The translations under genes were made by a program, and so were the position numbers. Of a DNA stretch of 64,000 nt, positions 41,901 through 52,500 are shown one piece after another. The stretch's first letter is position 1; each line of letters opens with the position of its first letter. This DNA is from Chrysomallon squamiferum (Eukaryota; Animalia; Mollusca), in the NCBI GenBank assembly GCA_012295275.1, contig CM022665.1:14756001-14820000 (forward strand), read 5' to 3'. The notes below the pieces were generated by a model, which saw only the letters and a list, made by a program, of their open reading frames with translations, was not told where the DNA came from and searched no databases.

Positions 41901-42329
41901 CTGTTAATGAAGCTAAATATTTTACACATTTGTTATACAGCAAAAAGTTGACCATGGCCATTCTGTTATATACTTCTGACTTAGACATTTTTTATATTGG
42001 TTTTCTGTCCAAAACAAGAAATATTATTAATTAATAATCTCTGGAGAAATGAAAATAGTGATAAGAGTCATTTAATCATAACCTCGATTGGTTCCTCTGA
42101 ATTAAAAACAAAACAGTAATAATAATTAAAAATAAGTAATACAATAAAATAAATATTTTTAAAAACGAAGAAGAGATAATAATATAAAACAACAACAACA
42201 AAAAAACCCACAAAAACATCAAACAAACAAAACAAAACCAAAAAACAACTACAACAACAAAAAGTGGAATTTATTAGGTTCAAAGAAACCAAAGAAATTT
42301 AAACATTTTTGATAACGGTTTACATTAAA

Positions 42330-42427
42330 TTTTAAATGAAATTATTAATATTTCTCTATTAATGGAACGCATAATTCCGAACAGATACGATGATTGCCGA
42401 ATCGTAGTCCGTGGAAACTGCGGAAAC
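42330..42427 (+). promoter_or_regulatory. Probable promoter / 5' UTR of the unknown gene
   Basis: Small CpG cluster before exon 1; X-box(RFX)-like GTAGTCCGTGGAAAC 42404-42418. Confidence 0.4.
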
Positions 42428-42514
42428 ATGTTTCGAAAGAATGAAAATATGCCAGTTAAAACAAACAAAGACGAAACTGATACAGATAGTAAGAAAATTG
42501 CAATTCAGAATAAG
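42428..42514 (+). CDS. Unknown gene, coding exon 1
   Basis: aaacATG; MFRKNENMPVKTNKDETDTDSKKIAIQNK; donor AAG|gtaata. Confidence 0.72.
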
Positions 42515-45500
42515 GTAATACAAAATGTAAATACTGTAAAAACAAAAATGAATTATATTAATGCAAAAAGATTACAAGAGTGAAAAAAAACGGTTAATAT
42601 TTGTGATTATTTTGGTGTATCTTCGAGCTTCACCTGTTATCGTTTTTCCTACTTGACTGTTTGTTTACCAGATAATTAAGAAATCTTTTATTTCTTTTTT
42701 CATTTTATTATGAATGTAATCAGTTTAGAATAACTAACTATCTTCCTTACTTTGAATCGTTACATTTTAAAAACAGTATTAATAAATTATTGCATAAAAG
42801 AATAAATAAAATAAACTAAAATAAATAGAAAAGAATAAAAATGAATACAGAAATAAAAATTAAATACTGTATAAAGACATTTTTTAATGTTATTTATTAT
42901 TATTATTATTTAAAGTGTTTATTAATAATTCATGTTCTCATAATAAATTTTGTAATGCTAGATATATAACTGTATTTTAGCTTATTTATTTATTTATTCA
43001 GACTAGTAATAATGCAAGACATGAAGATAAAGATATTCAGGATTTCACAAACAAAATGCGAATGACTACAACTTTACACACAAAGTCTTCTTTTCCCAAT
43101 GTGCTTGATCAGTATACAAAAACAGACAAAGAAGAGGAAAATGAAGAGAAGGAAGACAAAAAACAAAAAGAGAAAGAAGAAAAGAAACTTAATGTAAATA
43201 TTTGTAATAAATGTTTTTTTAATCTCACCTCAAGGTATTTTATTACTAACAGTTATTAGCTGCCCATAATTGTTTTTCTGTAATAAAGATATTAATGGGG
43301 AAAAATTCCCACGGCAATCAGCACTTTTATATACTACAGTGTTTGCAAAGCCACTGGTTGGAATAGTAAATTATGTCAGTATTTATATTTCATTTATTTA
43401 TTTATTTATTTTTCATTTGAATTGTGACATTTTATTACAAGTAAATATTTGGCTTTCTTTTATTACTAAATAATACCACTAAGAAGCCTGTTATATCTTG
43501 CCTATGGAGCACTAATCCTTTGATCAGTTCTTATCAGTATACCCACTGGATTATTCCCAATCCAGCCAGTGCCCTGTAACTGGCATATAAAAGGTTGTGG
43601 TGTGTTATCCTATCAGTTGATTTGTGCATGTAAAAGATCATTTGTTGATAATAAATAAAAACATATTTATTTTAATAAGACACTTTGAAATTACTGAATG
43701 AAAAGTAAGTAATAAAGTTTAATTATCATAAGTAAGATTCAATATTATGACTGTAAGTATCTCTCCATAGCTCAAATCATTCAGTGGTATTGCTGAACAC
43801 ATCTTGAAGAATCTGGGCTATTACATTATCTGTAGCATTTCATATGTATTTACATAAACTGTTCAGAGTTGTAATCTTTGTTTGGTAGACATCTGATTTC
43901 ATAAAAAAATTCAAAGAACGTAGATCTGGTAATCTAAATGCCCACAATCTCTACCCATATATCATTTTGTTAGTCTTACTTTGTCAAGTCTTTTGAAACT
44001 TATTTCTGATATCACTGCCCTTCTTTCCTTGGATTCACCAGATAAATATTGATACATGCTTCTGAATTTGTTTTTTAGGGCCCAAAAAATAACAATTATA
44101 AATTAAACTATTTAAAAAAAAAAATAGATAGGAACTTCATGTCCACCTTTTATTTCTTTACTGTTATTTACAATGACTGATACCAAAACTAGAGTTGTTA
44201 AATGTATTTTCATTAATTTGATATTGAAAGTTTGTTTATGTCATTAATAATTTATTATTATTATTTATTATTATTTTTTTTTTTTTGTAAAATCTTTGCA
44301 GTTTAAAATACCTTTTGAATAAGTAATTTAAAATTGAAAATATTGTTAAAAAATTATGAACAGAAATTTAAATGGGCTTTTTTAAGTATTTGATAAATAG
44401 ATATAAAGGATCAAAATGGGATTGACAGGATGATTTTCTTTTTCATAGTGGCACTTTTTCTACTGACTTGTAACCAGTGGAAAAGTCCTATGCCCCTCCC
44501 AGTATCATTCCTAGATCCATCCCTGCAATCTTGTTCAAAAATTCCTTTCAACAGTTTCAGTGTTATTCAGAATGTTATTATAGTGTAACTGCATTTTGAA
44601 TTACTGGTTTTGGAGCAGGGTATTGTTGTTTCTAATTTATTATTTTTATTTTAGAAACTTCTGAGATCCAAAGCAAAGAAGAAAAATAAGAAAACAGCTG
44701 TGTTTTATGATAGTGATGAAGAGAAAGAAAAAGAAAAAGAACGAGATGATGAGGTACAGAATTTATATTTTGATTTTTTTTTTTTCTTTCTTTTCTTTTC
44801 TTTTCTTTTATTATTTTCATTCATTATATAGTTACTTATTTAATTGGTAATCTCCCGTTTATCTATTTACTTCTTATTTATTTATTTGCTTACTTGTTTG
44901 TTTCTGTGTTAATTAATTTATTTATTTTGTCTCTTTGACTGACTTAATCTTCTTCATTCAGATTTATAAAACAAAATCATGTTTAATTTTATTAGTAAAT
45001 TGTCACAAGTAAAAATGCAAATGTGTAGAAATTTATGCAGAGTAGCTTTAATCTTAAAGTTTACTGATCTTAAATGAATTATTGTTATGATCATTTCAGA
45101 AATACCTTCAGGTACTAAATGATTTGGAAAAGCTTCGTACCTACTACTACAACAAATACAAAAGACTTCTGACAGAGAAGGTTGAAAAGCAGCGGCGTTC
45201 AATTCGCCAGCAGAAAGAAAAGTCAGAAATTGAGGCCAAAAACAAAGAAAAGTCTCAGGTGCTGAATAAAAACACATTTATCTCTGTAAAGATATTTTCT
45301 TACATGCATACTGTTTTTTTTTTTAATGAAACTGGTTTCATCATATTTCTACATTATCTGTGTGTACTATGAATTTAATAGGAAAGTCGACCCCAAAATA
45401 GAAAATAATTTTAATTGGTATTTTATTTTATTTATTTATTTATTGTTTCTTTCTTAGTTTAGTTATTTATTTAGTATTTATTATAAGCATATTTTCTAAA

Positions 45501-48500
45501 TGATGTGTAATTTATTTTGTAGATTTCTTCCAAACTTTAACATAAATACGTAACTACATTTTGTATCACTTGATTATTTTCAGCCTGTTTTTAAAATTCT
45601 GTTAAATACCAAAATAATATAGATAAGCAATCATTTACAAAATATTTAATTTAAAATACTCTCTCTTAGTATAATACAGCTTGGTCAGTATTTAATTACT
45701 GTATTGTTAACTTCACAGATACTATTTATTATGCTTAGTTTTTGTTGCTTTTATTTTCACAGAAAGAGGCTAATTACAAAAATCAAAAGAGATCTGAACA
45801 GCACGTTTTGTCACACAATGATGAATACATGAAATCTATCCCCAAATCAGATGTGTACATGGTAGGTGTATCATTTGAATTTTATAAAAACATAAATACG
45901 CCTGAAAGGTGTCTCTGTAACAGAAGCACGCAATAGTTGAAAATTTAAAGTTTTAATAAAAGAGAAAAAGATACCTTATAATTCAGTTACATTTACAGTT
46001 TGTTGATATGTGTTATTATAGTTTACTTTGATAGTATTTATATGTGTTTTTGTGTGCCTTCGTGTCTCTACTGTCTATTGTGCTTGTGAGTGCATGTGTG
46101 TATGTGTGTATGTGTGTGTGTTTGATATAATTTTTTGTTTTTTAAATATAGATAATAGGGCTGCAAGACCAAATGGTAAAGCAAGGAAAACTGAAAAATC
46201 AAGAAGACCTTGATAATTTTTGGAATGAAATGAGGAAACCAGAAGTATTTCTTTCATATTTCCCAGGTATGAGGCTCACTCAATCACTCCCTCAAAAAAA
46301 ACACAACACAAAAACACAACAAGAAATATTTTGCTATTTTATTTATATATTAACCTTCTTTTTAGATAACTTTGAAAAGAAAAATTAAATATAATAGTAA
46401 TTTTAAAAATATATATTTAGATAATTAAGACTTGAGTAGAATTTAGTTTTCATAATTATTTGCTGCTGCAATTTAGTTAATTTTACATTTATTATTCAGA
46501 ATGCTCTTTCATTACATGCATAGTCAGTACAAAGGGAATTAAGCTAGATTAATTTATAGTTGTGGAACTTGAAAAATCAGTTAACAATATTTACATTTGA
46601 AGGTAATTCATGTAATTTTTAAGTTATAATACAAAAGAGAAAATTTAAATTTTTATGGATTATGGACTATTCTTAGAAAATTAGTAGGAATTATTAACAT
46701 GTATTTTCCTATAACTGAGGGATTATATATCCAGTATCTGATACATTAGTAAAACCTAATGTATATGTTTATACATTTATATATACATATATTCTTATGA
46801 TGGCACACAGTATACTAGAATGCTATAGCCAGTATAATGTAGTAAACCTTAATAGTATCTGTTGATAGGTTTCAAATTAGGGTGAAATTTTGTCATTATG
46901 TGTAAGTGTTCTCAGTTTCCTTGATTTTTGCATATCCTGTAGTGAATCCTGGAACCACCATGTATTTATGTATACATATATATTATTTCTTGTTTTTTAA
47001 CTGTTATTAATTGGTAATACAGTGGAAATGGGTGTTGAATAGACACAATGTCAATTAGTTGTTTTGAAATCTGAAATAAATAGTTTAAAAATTAAAAGAA
47101 AGAAATCTTTGTACAATAGAAAGAACATCAATATGTTGTTTCAGTTTTCAACAAATTTTAATTCAAGTTCCATAATTCTAACATACATAAACTAGCTTAT
47201 GTCCCTTCCTTGCACTGTCAGTATTGAAAATGTGCTATTTTAGAAAGAATCACTATTGAATTTTTTATACTCTTTTGTTATTGTTCTTACAGTTAGTGGC
47301 AGTATTTTTTTCCTGTTTTAATTATTCTTAGATTAGTAAAAAATATTTTTCTTGTTTGTTTTATGTAGCAAACATTGATAAAAATGAGAACAGCAGTGAG
47401 GGTAAATAGACAATTGCACAAACATTTTATTTGTTTTTTTGCACATTTATGAGCACACAAATGTTTTACTGTTTTACTGACCTGGTCGAATAATTGGTTT
47501 TTCTTTAGGTTATTATCCTAGTTTTTATTTTTTAATTTTTTGGTTTTTGTTTGATTTTGGTTTTTTTATTTGTTAAGATTTTTTGTTTTCCTTTTTCTTT
47601 TCTCTTTTTTTCTTTCTTTATTTATTTTTGTTAACTTCAGTTGCTATGATTTTTGTTATTGATTTTATTATTATTGTTATCTTTTATTTTGGTTTATTTC
47701 TTTCTTCACCTTTAAAAACTTTTATTTTTGTATTTTTAACATTATGAAAAAACATTCTTGGTTTTTCTTTTAATATATATATTATGAGTTACTAATACAT
47801 TAAAGTTGTTTTATTATGTTGTAGTATTATGGTAAACATTCAAAAATGTTGTTTTATTTTTTTTCAGAAATTATCTATTTTTAATAAAATAACTTATACA
47901 GCTGAAGATCCTCTAATTGCTAAATTTGTACCACTATAAAAATTACTGAAATGAATATTTTGGTTAATATACACACATGCACAAAAATACATACATACAT
48001 ACATACATACATACATACATACATACATACATACATACATACATACATACATACACATACACAGACAGACAGAAGATTGCTGCCTACATTTACTGGTAGG
48101 TTCAAATAAAATAAATAAAAAAAATATTTTGATTTTCATCAGGAGGTAGGTTCATACCCTCTTGATTTTCCCTTTGGATCTGCACCAAATATTCTAAAAT
48201 GTAAATATGATGTTAAAAATTATTTATATTTAATAAGTCTGACATTCAATGATAAAATATTGAGTTACACATATTTTGTTACTGTCAAATGCAAATGTTT
48301 CATCCTAAATGTACTCCATCAAATATTAAAAATAACACATAAAGTTAAATCTAATTTTGATATTAATAAATATGATGTGGTGATTGTTTCATTTTTTTAT
48401 TATTATTATTTTTTATTTATTTAATTATCAATTTAAAAAAAAATTTTTATTCTGGTTTATGGGATGATCAATTTTTCATTGCACATTTTCTTTTTAGTTT

Positions 48501-49440
48501 AACCAATAAATTATTTTTCTGTAGTGTATTTCTTTTTCTAATACCTTTTGGTTTTTGATTACTAAATAAAATATTTTATTTAATTATTAGTAACAGTAGT
48601 AATATTTTTGAAAATATCATTAAAGCTATCTTTATTTACTTAATGTTTCTAAATATAATATTCTGAATTGCTAAGTGAAGTGATGAATAAATGATAAACA
48701 AAATATATATGTTTATATATATATATATTTCAAAAATTAGCAGTAACAATTGATTAGGTTTAAAGTTATATATGATGATGATGATGATGATGATTTTAAT
48801 AATAATGATAATAATAAATTGTTTAAATTATGTTTAAAAAAACAAAAACATAAAACATTTTACAGAGGGAATGTCTTCCCTGAGTGGTCTAGCCACCACT
48901 ACCACTTCGACAACAGCATCAAAAGATCTGGTCACTGCACTTGCACCTCCTCCTCCTCTACTTCATAGACCTCTAAGCAACATTGAAGAAACAAAAGAGT
49001 CATCAAGGCCCACAACTCAGGAAGAACACTGGGCAGTAACTCAGAAGTTTAGGCACGTTCATTCAGTATGTATTGTTGATGTTTACATAATCTGTTGTTT
49101 TAAGGTTTGCAGAAAATTGATAATAGCATTATAGAAAGAGACAGGATTATTATGTTGTTTTTTAATATATTTTTTTTATTTTTATTTTTTTCAGAATAGA
49201 TTTTAAATATTCATTTGATCATAAGCTTAAGTGTCCCATTATTATTTGTAACTTAATTGTTTAATAACACCTTAGCACACTTTGATTTATCAGTTACCAG
49301 ATATCAAAACAATTTTTACATGATAATAAGAGATGAAAGTTGTTGCATTTCTACATAGAATTATCAATTAGCAGCAATGTATTCTTTTGAAAAATACCTA
49401 ACAATTAAGCTAAAACACACTTCTTAAGTACACACACACA

Positions 49441-49519
<79 letters not shown>

Positions 49520-52500
49520 AGCAAAAGCATTTCAACGAACAAACATTAGCACAGCTACAAAGATATCTGAATATTAGCCATGTGAATTATTCCATAGAAT
49601 ATGCTTAACTAAAGTTGTATTTATTTTGGAGGTATTAATGTACATACAGTGGCAAATACTGCTATAGTGATTCTATGTTATATTTACATTTTAGCCTGGT
49701 AATACATCACGTCGAACATTCATTGCAAAACAGGCAGCCACAGATCTGGAAAGAAAATGTCCAAAGGTAATTTTAACTTTACATACAAATTATTTTAACC
49801 TCCAGATTTGACAACCAAAAACTCAGTTATTGTTAACTGCCAATAAATATTGATTTGCTACAAATTATTTTTATATGATTTAATAAATGTTTTATTTTAT
49901 TTATATATTTTATCTTTGTTATTTTTGCCATTATAATCTATTGCACAAACCATATAGATTGTCAAGGCCATTGTCTTCATTATCTAATTTAATACCAGCA
50001 TTTTCACTGGTCAAAGAGAACTGAATTAATTGCTAAAATTGCTGGTTATATTAATGCTTTTTCGGATGTGTTACATTTTAGTGATAACATGAGGAAATTA
50101 ATTTTAGATATATTTCTTTAAGCATAAATATCAGTTTAATTCAAATCATTATTTTAATAATTGATGGTATTGAGAGTTATTTATTTATTTATTTTTCAGT
50201 TGGAAATGCCACCACTGCATTGTTTTACGATGGAACTAGGACCCAAACCACCAGATCCTGAAGAGGTAACATTAAATATTTGCTGCTTAATCTTGACAGC
50301 TGAAGTCATTTTAAAATACTATATATAAACATGGTGCATAATAAGTACTTTAATCTTTATAACTGGCAGAGGTAGATTTGAAGAGAATCAGCACAGAAAC
50401 AGTAATCTGATTTTAAAATTATCAATTCTCCCATTTAAATACATTGGGGATCACAAACCACATGGAGCTGGGGTTTTTCAGTATATATCAGCCAGGTATG
50501 CTGGTCTAAAGTTACAGTTTATTTCACTGTTTGTGACTGCTAAAATAAAAATAAAAAAGTTAAAAATTTAATTTTTTATATAAAAATATTTAAAAAAAAT
50601 ATCGGAATGATTTAAAAATATTTGTTACTTCCAGTTGATTGTTTTATTGTTTTCCAGAGACTGACATGACCTATATAAAATATGTTTCCTCACAGTTTAT
50701 TTTATGGCCGTACTTCATCATTAGCAAAGGCTGGCCTGTAGAGCAAATAAAATCACTTGGAAGAATCATGTATAGTGTATGTTCAGGTTGTTTGTTCATA
50801 TTGCCAAAATATACTTCAAAATAAAATCCAGTGACAGTAAAAGTATTCTTTTAAAACATTTAATGTCTGAAATTATTACTGTTATTGTTTTGGGGGACAG
50901 ATTTGGGGGAGTGGAATAATTTTTGATATTGTTGTCACAGTTTAAATGTTTACTTATAGATTAGACGTGAAGAAGTGATAAGAATTAAAGAAAAGAATCG
51001 CAGAGGATTTTTGAAGAAACTTCACAAAATGCATCATCTGGCAATGGCAAATGGAGCAGCTGCTACAAGGTACTGCTTATTTGGTTTAAATTTATATTAA
51101 AATCACACTCTGACTTTATCAGAAATGTTTCTGGGTGTTTCTTAGGATTTTAGAGATATTTAAATTTTGTATTACTTATTTATTTATTTAATATTTTCTA
51201 AATACTTTTACTTTTTTTTTTTTTCTTTTTTTTTGATGATTTGTTACATATTATGTCATTTCAGTTTATGTATTCCTTAATACATTTTTTTTACTTACAC
51301 TACTAGATGGCACTAAAAGGTTTCAAACAAATTTAATACTGACTGAAGGAACCTTTTATATTCACTTTTTTCCTTTTCCCATATTTGTCCAAATGTATTT
51401 TAATATTAATTTTTATTTACCTAAGTTATTTTTATTATTATTATTTTAATGCTATCTTTATTATGCATACCATTGCTTATTTCTTTATTTATTATTGTTG
51501 CCTTTATTTTACCTTCATTAATTATATTCCTATGTATGTCTGTTTATTTTTTAATGTTTCTTTCAGTGACCTTCTGAAGCTTGGGTACCTTAGACAATAT
51601 AAATTTAGATACATTTAATAAACTGTGGTAGATAATACCATGAACAGTATGTTTATTGTAAAGTATTCCAGTTTTTACCTGAAGTATTTAAACATTAAAT
51701 CAAATGTTTTTATTTTTATGCACAAATTTAATCTCCATGCAAAATACATTTACAATAAAGACTGTTCATGGCATAATGCAGTATTTTTTAATGTTAACAC
51801 ATTTTAGACTTTTTTTAGTTTATCTGATTAAAAAAACCAAAAACATATATAAAAAAAATAAAAATAAAATGTATTGTTAATATTTATTTATTTTGTAGTG
51901 TAGCAATTATATTAACATCATTAGTAAAAATAAAATAATATTCGAAATGAATCCACTTTTCATTTTGAATTAGGATAAAAGTGTTTCTAATATTTTACCA
52001 GGTTGTAATATTTTCAGTCAAAACTAGAAGAAAATATACTGTTGTTTTATAAAACCATAACAGCACATTATAATAATGTTACATATAATATACTATTATT
52101 TATTAATTACTTACTGTGACTGTTATTATATTTTTCAGTATTTGATACTTCATTATTGCTTATGGTTTTTGTAAACTGTATCATACACATTTAAGTACTG
52201 GTACATTTAATTCTTATAAATTATATTTATAAAATTGCATTTTATTTTAAATTATTTATAAACATAAAAAATTTGGAAAAAAAAGCACATTTGACTTTAT
52301 TTTGTTAATTAGCATAATTAATATTTTTCAGGTGTTGTTATATTAATGAATCCTAGCTAATTTTACTTTTTATTCTCATGTTTCAGCCTTAAATTAATTA
52401 TTGTGATTTAGTGTAATCTGAATGTTATGTCATTTATTGTTCATTAATTAGACTGTTACATTTCAGAAATTTAATATTATTGTTTGATTTATAGATAAAT

